Part shown: piece after piece, positions 17,989 through 27,811 of the stretch | How the letters are laid out: every line of letters starts with the position of its first letter | Position numbering within the stretch: the first letter of the stretch is position 1 | Virus record (IMG/VR): IMGVR_UViG_2671180037_000003 | Span: 2,401 to 66,400 of that record | Reading direction: 5' to 3' (one strand) | DNA: 64,000 bases | Origin: a virus | Taxonomy: Duplodnaviria > Caudoviricetes | Translations under genes and position numbers: made by a program | Notes under the pieces: generated by a model | The model's input: only the letters and a program-made list of their open reading frames with translations | Database searches by the model: none | What the model was told of the DNA's origin: nothing

Positions 17989-20900
17989 CTACTTGCGGTG
18001 AGTTCGGCCGAACTTCAGGGCCTCGTTCCGCAGGTCTTCAGCGGTGCTGCGGGTGGCTTTGACGTTGTAGGTCTTGCCGCCCAGATCCAGCGACAGGGTG
18101 CCCCAGGACTCGACGTCGCTGCTGCCTCCGCCCGCAGCGGCGGCCAGCGCCGGCGCCAGAACAGGGATGGTTGGCATAGCACGCGTGCTGATCTGCCCAC
18201 CCTCGGCGAACTTGGGAAGTCGCATTGCGTTGAGCTGACTCAGAAGCTGCGGGCCATAGTGACGAACAGCGGCTGCTCTCATGACGAACTCGCCGTTGGA
18301 CACCCTCGCCAGGATGCTATCGCTGGTGCCACTGCCAGGTCCGCGCAGGAGTCCGCCCGCGGCCTTCGCGGGGAGAGTGGTTGGGTCAATCAGCCCGTCA
18401 GCACGCGCATCATTGGCTGTGTTAGTGGCCACGTAGGTGACAGGAACCTGCAGGTACTGTGCCCATTGCTGCGCGAGAGCTATCAGCCTCTGCTTCGTTT
18501 GCTCCTCCGATTCAGCATCCGACTGATAGCCGACGCTGATGCGCTTTAGCGCCTGAGCATACTGAAGGAAGCCATCCACTTTGGCCTTCTCTTCATCGAG
18601 CGATCCTTGCGCATTCTGCTCATCGATTTTCGCGGCTTGGTCCGCTATCTGGCCCAGCTCCTTGGCGATACCCTCAAATCCGTAGGTGTTTGCACCAGCC
18701 GCTTTCAACTCCTTCATGATCTGCGCGGCGCGGCGGGCTTCGGCCAGCGCAGTTTCGCTATCCCCGGACCGAACTGCTGAACGGGCGCTGTACTTGGCCT
18801 GACTAAGATCGGCGAAGGAGTTACCGCCGGTTGCAGCAGTCCCTCCAGCCATCTCGGCGGCGAGCTTAGCGAACTCCTTCTGGATGCCTTCTCGCGCTTT
18901 GCGACTAGCCTCAAGGCGATTGTTAGCCTCGTCGTACGCAATGAGCTGCTGTGAAAGCTTGTCTCGGACGATCTTCAGTTCGTCGTCTTTGATTTTTCCA
19001 ATCCGAGCTGTAAAGGCGGATTCGCTCTTTGCGCGGGAATCCAGTTCTGCCTGGATAGCCTCCCGAGTGGTTTGGTAGGCACGGGCCTGCTTGGCCGCAG
19101 AAAGCGCCTCCTGGCTGACAGGCGCGGTTGGCCCGTTTTTCTCCATATCCGCACGGCTGATCAACTCGGCCTGCGCGCGCCAGTGCTGCTCCGCCAGCCT
19201 CAGTTGCTTCGTGTACTCATTGCGCTCGGTTTCGGTTTGTTGCTTCACTGCATCGGCGGACTGGATCACCACGGCGGCGTATTGCCGAGTTGCGGTGGCT
19301 TTGCCAGTCAGTGCGGCCTGATCGCTCACCTGGGACTTTTCGAGTTCCTGCATTTCCTTGTACAAGCCGTATAGCTCGGATAATTGGTCAGCGGTGAAGC
19401 CCACCACGGAGAGCAGGCCAGCTCCTTTCGCAACGCTTGCCAGCCTCACCTTGCCCAGTCTGCCCATGCTCCCTGCCAGGCCGTCCAGCGCGACACCTGC
19501 GGCCTGCGCCCCGGAAGGGGTCTGCCCCAGCGTGCCGAGAAAGCCACCGAACGAGCTGCGCAGACCTTTCACGATTACCGCAACAGCCTTGGCGCCGGCA
19601 CCGAATGCCACCAGTCCGACAAGCGAGACACGTAACCCTTCCGGCAAGCTGTTGAAGGCATTGAGCAGGCCGGTCAGGAGGTTGATGACGGGAAGGCCGG
19701 CGGCAACCGCTTCACCGAAAGCTAGCTTCAGCTCGCCAAGGCTCGCGTTGAAACGATCCATCTGCGCTTGCGGCGTGTCCTTCATGATGTCATAGGCCCG
19801 CTCTGTCGAGCCCGCCGCCTGGTCCATCCGCCCCAACTGCTCGTTGAAGGCGCCGATCTGGTTGGTGAGCGCCAACACCGCCGTGCGCCCCTCGGTATCG
19901 GGGATGATCTGGCGCATGGCTGTGGCCCCCAGCTTCTTCTGCGCGATCTGTTGGAGCGTGCCGGAAAGGCCGTTCCAGCGGATGCCCAGCTCTTCCATGG
20001 CTTTGGCAGCTTCGGGCGACGGCGCGGCGAGCTGGTTGATGGCGCTACGCAACCCGGTGATCGCAATCGGCGCCTTGATGCCTTGCACGGTCATCCGGGC
20101 GATCGCCGCACCGATCTCATCGAACCCCACGCCAGCAGCGGCAGCGCTCGGCAGTACCTGACCCAAGCCCGCTGCAAGTTCGTCGAACTCAACCACACCA
20201 TCCTGAATGGTCAGGAAGAGCTGGTCGTAGCGCTCACCGAGCTTGCCCACATCCTCGCCATAGGCATTGATGATCGAAACGCCAACGGAGGCGGCCGTCT
20301 TGGTGTCGGTCATGCCCGCTATCGCGGCCTTCGTCGACTGGGCCAGCACGTCCATGGCCTTGGCGGTTTCAACGCCACTTCCCAGGATGTCCCTTAGAGC
20401 GGCGGCGCTCTCGGCGGCAGGTTTGCCGAGATCCGTGCTGATCTGCCGGACCTGCTGGGAGGTCGCCTCCAACTGCGTTCCGGTGAGATCGGTAATGGTG
20501 GCGATGCCGGCCACCTGCTGCTCGAACTCCGCGTAGTCGCTGAACGAACTGCGTGCCAGCATTGCGAAACCGCCGAACGCCGCCGCACCGGCTATCACCT
20601 CTCCCCGGATGCGGCCGAGGACATCAAGCCAAGTGCCCGATACCGCAGTGAGCCCTTGGGTTTCCCGAGACGCCGCGGCGATGCTCTGGCGCAGAGTGGT
20701 TTGAGCAACTGCGATCTCGGTGGTACTGAGCACGCCGGATTTGCGCAGCAGTTCAAACTGACGCTGCTGCTCGGCGATGGCTTCGCGAGTGCCGCGAAAC
20801 TGGGAAACCCCCAGACTTTGCAGTGCCCCCTGCATAGCCGCATCGTTACGGCCAGATCCTATGCGACCAGCCAACTCCGACTGCAGCCGCTGTTGCTCCG

Positions 20901-21273
20901 TAGCAAGCTTGCGCGTATCGACGCCTGCTGCACGCAATTCCGCGCGTTGCTCCCTGACCTTAGCCTTCTGCTTTTCGAATTCGCGCGTGGTGGATGCAAG
21001 GGTCCGCTGAGCCTGCCCAAGGTCCCTATCCAATGCGCGTACGGGCTGGCCTGCCGCGGCAATAGCGGTCTTCAATTCATCGACGCGCTTCTTGGCGGCA
21101 AAAAATGCAGAGGATGCGGCCTTCGCCGCCTCCTGTGTCTGCTGCAGCGCCTGGACCTGACGGATCGGCTTTTCAACCGCCCGGACCATTTCCGCGTATT
21201 CCTTCCGGAAGCCGCCCACCTCCTTGGTGGCTTGGTCAAGGTTCGCGACCAGGCGCAGTTCGACATCAGACAT
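17989..21273 (-). CDS. tape measure protein
   Basis: 1094 aa, helical Ala-rich, TP901-type core, GPGSGTSDSILARVSNGEFV motif. Confidence 0.92.
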   Translation of the reverse strand: MSDVELRLVANLDQATKEVGGFRKEYAEMVRAVEKPIRQVQALQQTQEAAKAASSAFFAAKKRVDELKTAIAAAGQPVRALDRDLGQAQRTLASTTREFEKQKAKVREQRAELRAAGVDTRKLATEQQRLQSELAGRIGSGRNDAAMQGALQSLGVSQFRGTREAIAEQQRQFELLRKSGVLSTTEIAVAQTTLRQSIAAASRETQGLTAVSGTWLDVLGRIRGEVIAGAAAFGGFAMLARSSFSDYAEFEQQVAGIATITDLTGTQLEATSQQVRQISTDLGKPAAESAAALRDILGSGVETAKAMDVLAQSTKAAIAGMTDTKTAASVGVSIINAYGEDVGKLGERYDQLFLTIQDGVVEFDELAAGLGQVLPSAAAAGVGFDEIGAAIARMTVQGIKAPIAITGLRSAINQLAAPSPEAAKAMEELGIRWNGLSGTLQQIAQKKLGATAMRQIIPDTEGRTAVLALTNQIGAFNEQLGRMDQAAGSTERAYDIMKDTPQAQMDRFNASLGELKLAFGEAVAAGLPVINLLTGLLNAFNSLPEGLRVSLVGLVAFGAGAKAVAVIVKGLRSSFGGFLGTLGQTPSGAQAAGVALDGLAGSMGRLGKVRLASVAKGAGLLSVVGFTADQLSELYGLYKEMQELEKSQVSDQAALTGKATATRQYAAVVIQSADAVKQQTETERNEYTKQLRLAEQHWRAQAELISRADMEKNGPTAPVSQEALSAAKQARAYQTTREAIQAELDSRAKSESAFTARIGKIKDDELKIVRDKLSQQLIAYDEANNRLEASRKAREGIQKEFAKLAAEMAGGTAATGGNSFADLSQAKYSARSAVRSGDSETALAEARRAAQIMKELKAAGANTYGFEGIAKELGQIADQAAKIDEQNAQGSLDEEKAKVDGFLQYAQALKRISVGYQSDAESEEQTKQRLIALAQQWAQYLQVPVTYVATNTANDARADGLIDPTTLPAKAAGGLLRGPGSGTSDSILARVSNGEFVMRAAAVRHYGPQLLSQLNAMRLPKFAEGGQISTRAMPTIPVLAPALAAAAGGGSSDVESWGTLSLDLGGKTYNVKATRSTAEDLRNEALKFGRTHRK

Positions 21274-21278
21274 GAGAA

Positions 21279-21443
21279 TCAGCCTTTAGAAGCCGCGCGG
21301 ATAGCCGCGAGGTAGTAGGTCCAGGGGTAGTACGGAGCGTGCACGTGACCCAGGCGGATCAACGCGTTCAGCGTGGCATCCAGATCGGCTAGCTTCTGGC
21401 TTGTTGAACAACCTTGGTCAGCCGACCCAGCAGCCCGAAAAAA
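21279..21443 (-). CDS. gpT-like -1 frameshift extension of the tail assembly chaperone
   Basis: T-TTT-TTC heptamer at 21443-21437; -1 frame open to TGA at 21281-21279, 5 bp before the tape measure ATG. Confidence 0.65.
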   Translation of the reverse strand, partial: FFRAAGSADQGCSTSQKLADLDATLNALIRLGHVHAPYYPWTYYLAAIRAASKG

Positions 21444-21697
21444 TGCGGGTTCAGCTCCTTGCAGACGCTGATCACTTCATCGACCTGACTCGGCCGCATG
21501 GCGTCGATCATCTCGTCCGTCAGGCTGGTCATGCGCTTGATGTCCCCCAGCGTGCAATCGGTGAAAAGCATCGCCTCAAACGGATCGGTTTCGAGCTCGG
21601 TATCTTTCAGCCAGTTCCGCACCTGCAGAACGGTCAGCTCTCGGCAAATAATCGATTGGCCGCCGACCACGATCTCTCGGCTGTTGGTTTCTTGCAT
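21389..21697 (-). CDS. tail assembly chaperone (gpG-like)
   Basis: Immediately upstream of the tape measure; RELTV..VR, KELNPHFF. Confidence 0.8.
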   Translation of the reverse strand: MQETNSREIVVGGQSIICRELTVLQVRNWLKDTELETDPFEAMLFTDCTLGDIKRMTSLTDEMIDAMRPSQVDEVISVCKELNPHFFGLLGRLTKVVQQARS

Positions 21698-21711
21698 GAT
21701 TCCTCCGGGGA

Positions 21712-21737
21712 TAAAAAAACCCGCCGAAGCGGGTTGT
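21712..21737 (-). terminator. terminator closing the moron
   Basis: AACCCGC-TTCG-GCGGGTT-TTTTT on the minus strand. Confidence 0.75.
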
Positions 21738-21752
21738 TTGGGTTACCAGGTA

Positions 21753-22034
21753 TCACGAAATCGCGAGCAGTAGTCCGCCAAAGAGTCGGGCCACGATCCA
21801 GCCAATCACCAGCAAAATTAAGAAAGCAGGGATCGACGCGATCGCCCACTTGATCATGAACATCACCATTGAACCGAAGCGCATGTGCACGTCGACCACT
21901 ACAACAGGCTGCACGCCATCAAGGCCTTTTGTTGCTGCTGCCAGATAGCTGCTCGTCGCCGGGGCTCGGCGGTTTGCCTGATTGATAGCGCGTGCTTTCT
22001 CGACGACGTCGGATTTGATTGTCGGCTCTGACAT
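21753..22034 (-). CDS. small membrane protein (moron)
   Basis: VVVVDVHMRFGSMVMFMIKWAIASIPA hydrophobic C-terminus; GGGAGGG RBS. Confidence 0.7.
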   Translation of the reverse strand: MSEPTIKSDVVEKARAINQANRRAPATSSYLAAATKGLDGVQPVVVVDVHMRFGSMVMFMIKWAIASIPAFLILLVIGWIVARLFGGLLLAIS

Positions 22035-22252
22035 AGGGTCCCTCCCGTGAAGTTCGAGGGAATCTACCACCGCACCAGCAGCCCCGAAACCCAGCACAGG
22101 GGCTGGGGCGTTGTTGCACAGTCTGGGCAGTCCGAGCGCAGCCTTGGCCGGTTAAAGCCCGAGGGTGAGCTGGAGCTGCCCGCGCCAGTACTCTACTTGA
22201 TGCGTCAACCCGGATTTTCGCTAGGGCCATGCTTTTTAATTGGCCAATAGAT

Positions 22253-22645
22253 TTACCCGGTGGTCGCGGTATTCCTTTCGGCAATCTTACGCAGGTCATT
22301 AACTAACCCTACGCATTCAGCCAAATGCACTTGAGCATCTTTTGAAGTGATTTGATCATCGAGATAATAGTCAGCCTTAACTCTTAGTAGCTTCGCTCGA
22401 TGTATACACGCTGCGATGACCCTAAGTCGTTTACTTGCCACCCTGTATCGCGAGATCAAACGATCATGCACACCCTTTTCCGTAACCGAATTATCTGGCA
22501 GCCCAATTTGCTCGGCCACATGCAATGCTTCATGGTATAAAGCGTAGTAGCTACGACCGACCGATGCTCTAAGAAATATCTCTCCTGAATCATTTTCCAA
22601 AAGAGCCCGTGCGAGCTCCAACATTTTATCACTAGATGCTGGCAT
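22253..22645 (-). CDS. HEPN-like domain protein
   Basis: R.SVGRSYYALYH, GVHDRLI, RVKADY motifs; AT-rich. Confidence 0.7.
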   Translation of the reverse strand: MPASSDKMLELARALLENDSGEIFLRASVGRSYYALYHEALHVAEQIGLPDNSVTEKGVHDRLISRYRVASKRLRVIAACIHRAKLLRVKADYYLDDQITSKDAQVHLAECVGLVNDLRKIAERNTATTG

Positions 22646-23435
22646 AGTATGGCCCGTACGAAGTATTACTTTCCGTAAACACATGCGGCTTTATACCAAC
22701 AGAGAACACAGAATCTATGGGATCATCATATAAATCTACTAAAGCCTCAGTCATTTTCTGATCAAGTTCGACAATATCTTGAACACTGCCATCAACGACA
22801 AACTGAAACAGTATCCCTTCTTCCTCTGTGGCAAATAGGTCATAAGCCAACAGTGGATGTCCAATCGACTGCCGAATAATGTCAGCTGCAGTTTGAAGGC
22901 GTAACGAAACTTGTGAATCGTCAAACCCTTGCCGCTGAAGTATCGATAAGGCGGCTTTTATATTTCTATCTTCAGGCCTGACTTCTCCACCAACATCATT
23001 CAAACAACTTACAGCGCGAGCAATCATTCCTACCGATGTAGAACATCCTATTAGAGTGCTCAGCATCTGTCGCTCGCCATTCGGCTCTATCGTTTGGAGA
23101 ATTTCCTTTGACATAAGGATTCTCCCATTCATCCAGTTGATATGTGCTTTAGACAGTTTCACTGCCGTTTCAGGCAAGCCATCGGAAAGAGCTAGTTCAA
23201 CAAGACTAACGGCTCGCTCTAACTTTCTTTGATAGGCAAAGAGGTAAGCCAATTCATGATTCAAAAAAGCCTTGGTCAACCTAGGTACGCCAGGTTGCGA
23301 CAGTGTTTGAGTGATCTTGTTCTGCAGCCGCTTAACCGCAAGCTCGTTTAATTTATGTGTTTGTGTCAATGCATTAAAAATGTCCTGCCTTTCTTTGGCG
23401 ATGGCATTTCCAATCGACTCTGGCTGGGAAGCCAT
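22632..23435 (-). CDS. helical (TPR-like) hypothetical protein coupled to the HEPN gene
   Basis: 267-aa AT-rich ORF overlapping the HEPN start by 14 bp. Confidence 0.75.
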   Translation of the reverse strand: MASQPESIGNAIAKERQDIFNALTQTHKLNELAVKRLQNKITQTLSQPGVPRLTKAFLNHELAYLFAYQRKLERAVSLVELALSDGLPETAVKLSKAHINWMNGRILMSKEILQTIEPNGERQMLSTLIGCSTSVGMIARAVSCLNDVGGEVRPEDRNIKAALSILQRQGFDDSQVSLRLQTAADIIRQSIGHPLLAYDLFATEEEGILFQFVVDGSVQDIVELDQKMTEALVDLYDDPIDSVFSVGIKPHVFTESNTSYGPYYASI

Positions 23436-23541
23436 TGAGCGCCCCTAAGTTGCGTGGATAACGCAACAGAGTACGGCCAAGCCCAGCCATGGTCGATACT
23501 GGCTATCCATCCACAGCCGTAGCGCGGCTTACGAGGGCAGA

Positions 23542-24315
23542 CTAGGCCCCCTTCTTCTCCTTCTGCACCTTCATGTACGCCGACTTGCCCGTGCCGCGGG
23601 TGGAGTCGGCAAGTACTTCGGCGGCGACGGTCATGCCCATGAAGTCGTCGGTGCCGATCCAGTCCAGGCTCTCGGCTGGGGCGAACTTGCAGCGCCAGAA
23701 GCGCGGGTTGATGCGGCCCTTGGTGCCGGCGCCGTTCTGCCCTTCGAGCAGGATCTCCCACTCCTCGCCGGAGTTGACCAGCGCCTCGATGTCGTCGAAA
23801 GCCGCGCAGGTGTAGTCGATTTCAAGCGAGTAGTCGCCGGTCGCTGCCGCGATCGCCGTGGCCAGGGCACTGCCCTCGAGGACCTCGATGCCGGAGCCGG
23901 TCATGCGGAAGTCTTCGTCTTCCTCGAACTCGACCAGGCCGGTGGCGGCGTCGACCACCGAGGTGATGGTGAGCGGCATCTTGTCCAGCGCGCAGGTTTT
24001 GCCGACCTGGGCAATGTGCTCCTCGCCGGTGACCGCCGCGCTGGGAACCGCGCTGATATCGGCCCAGAGGTTGGCGGCGATGTTCTCGGAGTTGAACTCG
24101 CGGAAGTTGAGCGACAGCGTCATGGCGTTGATGCGCGTGAGCTTGTCGTAGTTGCCGCCTTCCGGGGTGCGGGTGTTGGGCAGGGTGATGTCGTTGGTCT
24201 CGGTCGCCTGCTGGACGGTGGAGACGAGACCCACATCGCGGAACGGGATGCCGGTGTTGGCCGGGCGCATCTTGACGATAGCGCCCAGAATCACGGTTTC
24301 GACTTTGCGCGCCAT
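23542..24315 (-). CDS. major tail tube protein
   Basis: 257 aa, after the tail terminator; EGQNGA...RFWRCKF pattern. Confidence 0.8.
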   Translation of the reverse strand: MARKVETVILGAIVKMRPANTGIPFRDVGLVSTVQQATETNDITLPNTRTPEGGNYDKLTRINAMTLSLNFREFNSENIAANLWADISAVPSAAVTGEEHIAQVGKTCALDKMPLTITSVVDAATGLVEFEEDEDFRMTGSGIEVLEGSALATAIAAATGDYSLEIDYTCAAFDDIEALVNSGEEWEILLEGQNGAGTKGRINPRFWRCKFAPAESLDWIGTDDFMGMTVAAEVLADSTRGTGKSAYMKVQKEKKGA

Positions 24316-24316
24316 G

Positions 24317-24505
24317 TTATTTGGCCCCCTCGATAACGCCGGCTTCGACCAGGAACTGGCGCTGGCGGGCGGTGACTTTGATGGTGTCCCCGGCCACGTA
24401 ATCCTTGCGGGCGTGGGTGTGGGGGGCGATGAGCTTCACCTCGAAACGAGGGGCAGCCTTCGGCTCGGCAGGCGCGGTGGCGGCTGCCGTAGTCTTCTCG
24501 GTCAT
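24317..24505 (-). CDS. small virion-associated protein
   Basis: VKLIAPHTHA..DY..GDTIKV. Confidence 0.7.
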   Translation of the reverse strand: MTEKTTAAATAPAEPKAAPRFEVKLIAPHTHARKDYVAGDTIKVTARQRQFLVEAGVIEGAK

Positions 24506-24507
24506 GG

Positions 24508-24966
24508 TTATTTACCTTCGACGATGGTGCTGAGGTTGACGGGTAGGAGCACGGCGGCGGCGAGCATCCCCTCACCTGGCGGGAAGCTTTCCGGCGCGCC
24601 CAGGGTGAGCGCGGTGACGCCCAGCGGCAGCCACTTCGGGAAGCGGCCCTGTTCGGTGACCAGGCACTGGATGAGGTCGAGTTCGATGTCGTCGAGCGCG
24701 TCCTCGTAATCCATCCCTACGCTCACGGCGCCGGCGACGTTGAAGCCCTTGCCCAGCTTGAACGCGTTCGGCCCCTTCACCGGCGCCGCGCCGCGCGCGG
24801 GCTGAAGGACGATCACGGGGAAAGAGACGCCTTCTTCCTTGAGCACTTCATTCAGCCAGCCGCTGCGGACGTTCTGGCCGGCGTTGGTCCGGTAGCCGTT
24901 GGCGACGGTGATGGTCTGCAGCTGGTCGTACAGCGCCTTGCGGCTTTCGGTGAGGATGTTGGTCAT
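24508..24966 (-). CDS. tail terminator (gpU-like)
   Basis: LQTITVANGYRTNAG motif; position. Confidence 0.75.
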   Translation of the reverse strand: MTNILTESRKALYDQLQTITVANGYRTNAGQNVRSGWLNEVLKEEGVSFPVIVLQPARGAAPVKGPNAFKLGKGFNVAGAVSVGMDYEDALDDIELDLIQCLVTEQGRFPKWLPLGVTALTLGAPESFPPGEGMLAAAVLLPVNLSTIVEGK

Positions 24967-25289
24967 GGGGTCACCATGCAGGCAGCGGTGACCACGTGGC
25001 CGTCGTCGTCATCGATGTCTTCGATCAGCAGCCGCTGGCCGTCGACTTCGAACACACCAGCCCGGAGCGCAACCGTAGGCAGGTCACGCTTGAGCCAGGT
25101 GATACCGACCTGCCCACTGCGAAACAGGCCGTCCGGCCCGGTGCGCACCAGGTTGCGGTCCACCTGCAGTTGCAGGCCTTCCACCGGTGGCTTGCCGGGC
25201 TCCAGGTAGCGGCCAACCGAATCGGCCAGCCGGCGGGCGCCGACGCAGTGCATTCGCGACAGCGCCGCCGCGAATCGGCCCTTCATCAC
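24963..25289 (-). CDS. head-tail joining protein (gpFII-like)
   Basis: Position and size; DDDG C-terminal motif. Confidence 0.65.
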   Translation of the reverse strand: MMKGRFAAALSRMHCVGARRLADSVGRYLEPGKPPVEGLQLQVDRNLVRTGPDGLFRSGQVGITWLKRDLPTVALRAGVFEVDGQRLLIEDIDDDDGHVVTAACMVTP

Positions 25290-25603
25290 TGTTGGATCAG
25301 CAGCGCCGGCGCGTAGCCGCCGGCTTCGTCGGCGGTGAGCTTGCCGAAAGGCACCGACGAAGCTGTGCCGTCGGCAACCAGGGCGCCGGCCTTGAGGCTG
25401 ACCTTGACGCCGGCCTTGAGGCCCGCGGTGCAGCCCAGCTTCCAGACGCCATTAGGCTTGCCGGCGAAGGTCTCGCCCTCGGCAGCAGTGGTGAGCGGCA
25501 CCACCATCAGCGTGTTGATCGCCAGCGGAACGCCGGACACAACGCCACCGGCCGGGGCGATCAGGGTGAGGCTCTCGCCGTCTTCAATGTAGTTCGTGGC
25601 CAT
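25286..25603 (-). CDS. DUF2190 capsid cement protein
   Basis: MATNYIEDG..L...AP.GGVVSG. Confidence 0.85.
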   Translation of the reverse strand: MATNYIEDGESLTLIAPAGGVVSGVPLAINTLMVVPLTTAAEGETFAGKPNGVWKLGCTAGLKAGVKVSLKAGALVADGTASSVPFGKLTADEAGGYAPALLIQQ

Positions 25604-25629
25604 GGGGAATTCTCCTGTTGGCTGAAGTG

Positions 25630-25657
25630 AAAAAACCCCGCCGGAGCGGGGTTTTCA
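25630..25657 (-). terminator. terminator after the capsid gene
   Basis: AAAACCCCGC/GCGGGGTTTT-TT hairpin. Confidence 0.75.
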
Positions 25658-25669
25658 GAGGGTTGGCTG

Positions 25670-27811
25670 TCAGGCCTGGCCAGGCAGTTTGGAGATGGTG
25701 CGCCAGGACATCGGGGCGACACCGGCGTCGAGACGGACCTTGAAGGCGGCTCCGTCGATGGTGAAGCCTTGCTGCTGCTCTAGGAACGGCGTTTCGTTAC
25801 CGTCCAGGTAGGCGACCTCGACGGTGTCGTGCACAGCCGGATCGGCGGTGAGGTAGGTATTGATCTTGCTCTGCGCGTCCAGGCGCGCATCGGCGATCAC
25901 CTCGACCAGGCCTTTCACCGGGTTCGGGACCTTGGCGTCGACCAGCGCCGGGTCGTACTCGGCGTTGATCAGCGCGTTGGCGGTGGAGCGCAGCGCCACC
26001 GGCACCAGCCAGTACTTCGGCATGATGTTGAGCACGGCATCGCCTTCTTTCTGCGTCTGCATCGCGGACAGCGCTTCGTCCAGGCGTGCGGTGGACAGGC
26101 CAGCAGCAGGCAGGAGGTTGCCGTGGTCGGCGTGGAACAGCGCCTTGCCGTCGGCCATCTTCGGGTTGTTGGCCAGCACGGCGTACACCAGGTCACCCAC
26201 GGTACGGATGGCGGCACGGCCCATGCTGCGCGGGATGCGCTCCAGCACGGCGAGGTCGTCGTTGATCACGGCCTGGCGGGTGATGCTGAACAGCTTGCCG
26301 TAGGTGGCGAGCACGATCTGTTCCTTGCGATCGCCCACGGTGCCGTAGGTGTACTCGGCGCCTTCCGCGACCTTCGACAGGTTGGGGAAGGTGGAGAGGT
26401 CCACGCGGGTGGCCGGGCGGAAGTCGGTCAGCGTGCCTTTGGCGGTCCACAGCTGGAAGGTCTCGGCCGCCTCGTCGTAGCCGCGCAGCATCGACTTGTG
26501 GGCGATGTCGCCCAGGATGCTGCCGAAGTCCGAGCTGGAGTGGGTGAAGGCCAGGCCGACGATGCCCATGCGGTCCAGGCCAGCGATGCCGATGTTCCGG
26601 TGGATGAGCGAGGCGCGAGCCAGCTCCGCCAGAGGCATGCCGACGAACTTGTTCTCCTTCTCGGCCTTGGCGTGGCCGGTGCGCGCTTCGACGCAATTGC
26701 GCACGGAGTCGCCGATCAGGTTGCCGTTGCCGACGTTGATGTGGGCCATGGGGTCCGCCGTGGGGGTGGTGGATTCGCCGAGCTTGGCGAGCAGCTTCTT
26801 CTCGGCCTGCGCAGCGGTGATGGTCATGTCGCGCAGGCATTCCTGCAGCAGCTCTGCCTGGGTGCTGGCGAACGGCGCGAACGCGGCGCTGATCGCGGTG
26901 CGGCGCGCGTTCTCTTCGGCCTGCACCTGGGCGCGGGCAGCGATCATCGGGTCGACCGGCGGAGTGGCTGGCGCGGCCGGAGCCGGCGCGGCTGCGACCG
27001 GTGCGGCGGGTGCAGCTGCTACCGGCTCCTGCGGTTGGGCGGCCGGCGCAGCGGGTGCTGGCGTCGGGTTCGGAGCAGCCGGCGGGGTGACTGACGCGCG
27101 CGGCTGCATGAGGTTCTTCAGTGCTTCGGGCATGTGGGCAAACTCCTGCATGCGTTTGGAGGTGAGGTGAGCTGCCGCGGCGAGCGGCTCAGTAAGTTGG
27201 TCGGCGAAGCCGGCCTCGACAGCCTCGCGGCCTGTCATCCAGGTTTCCTCCTTGAGGAGGGCTTTGATTTCGTCGGCGCTCTTGCCGGTTTTTGCGGTGT
27301 AGGCGGTGACCAGCGAGTCCTCGACCTTGTCGAGCAGTTCGGCGTAGCGGCGCATGTCGTCGGCGTCGCCGCCCTGGATGCCCCAGGGTTTGTGCACCAT
27401 CATCATGGCGTTCTCGGGCATGAAGACCGTGTCGCCGGCCATTGCTACGACCGAAGCCATCGAGGCTGCCAGACCGTCGATGTACACCTCGACGCGCGCC
27501 GGGTGATTCTTCAGCAGGTTGTAGATGGCCATGCCGGCGAACACGTCGCCGCCGGGCGAGTGGATGCGCAGGTCGATGTTGGCGATGTCACCCAGCTCCT
27601 TCAGGTCGCGGGCGAACTGCTGCGCGGTGATGCCCCAGCCACCGATCTCGTCGTAGAGGTAGATCTCCGCGCGGCCACGGGACAGCGACTTGATGGTGTA
27701 CCAGCTCTTGTCCGGTACGTTTTCATCGGTCAGCGCTGACGTCAGTTTCGCCATCGGCGCCATCAGGCTGCCCGCCGCGGCCAGGATTCCCAGCTTCATT
27801 TGGCTGCCCAT
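25670..27811 (-). CDS. ClpP-like prohead protease / major capsid fusion
   Basis: IHSPGGDV, DGLAASMAS, MMVHKPW, ETWM protease motifs; Pro/Ala linker; capsid domain (AFTHSSSDF, TYGKLFSITRQAVINDD); start after GGAGG. Confidence 0.92.
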   Translation of the reverse strand: MGSQMKLGILAAAGSLMAPMAKLTSALTDENVPDKSWYTIKSLSRGRAEIYLYDEIGGWGITAQQFARDLKELGDIANIDLRIHSPGGDVFAGMAIYNLLKNHPARVEVYIDGLAASMASVVAMAGDTVFMPENAMMMVHKPWGIQGGDADDMRRYAELLDKVEDSLVTAYTAKTGKSADEIKALLKEETWMTGREAVEAGFADQLTEPLAAAAHLTSKRMQEFAHMPEALKNLMQPRASVTPPAAPNPTPAPAAPAAQPQEPVAAAPAAPVAAAPAPAAPATPPVDPMIAARAQVQAEENARRTAISAAFAPFASTQAELLQECLRDMTITAAQAEKKLLAKLGESTTPTADPMAHINVGNGNLIGDSVRNCVEARTGHAKAEKENKFVGMPLAELARASLIHRNIGIAGLDRMGIVGLAFTHSSSDFGSILGDIAHKSMLRGYDEAAETFQLWTAKGTLTDFRPATRVDLSTFPNLSKVAEGAEYTYGTVGDRKEQIVLATYGKLFSITRQAVINDDLAVLERIPRSMGRAAIRTVGDLVYAVLANNPKMADGKALFHADHGNLLPAAGLSTARLDEALSAMQTQKEGDAVLNIMPKYWLVPVALRSTANALINAEYDPALVDAKVPNPVKGLVEVIADARLDAQSKINTYLTADPAVHDTVEVAYLDGNETPFLEQQQGFTIDGAAFKVRLDAGVAPMSWRTISKLPGQA

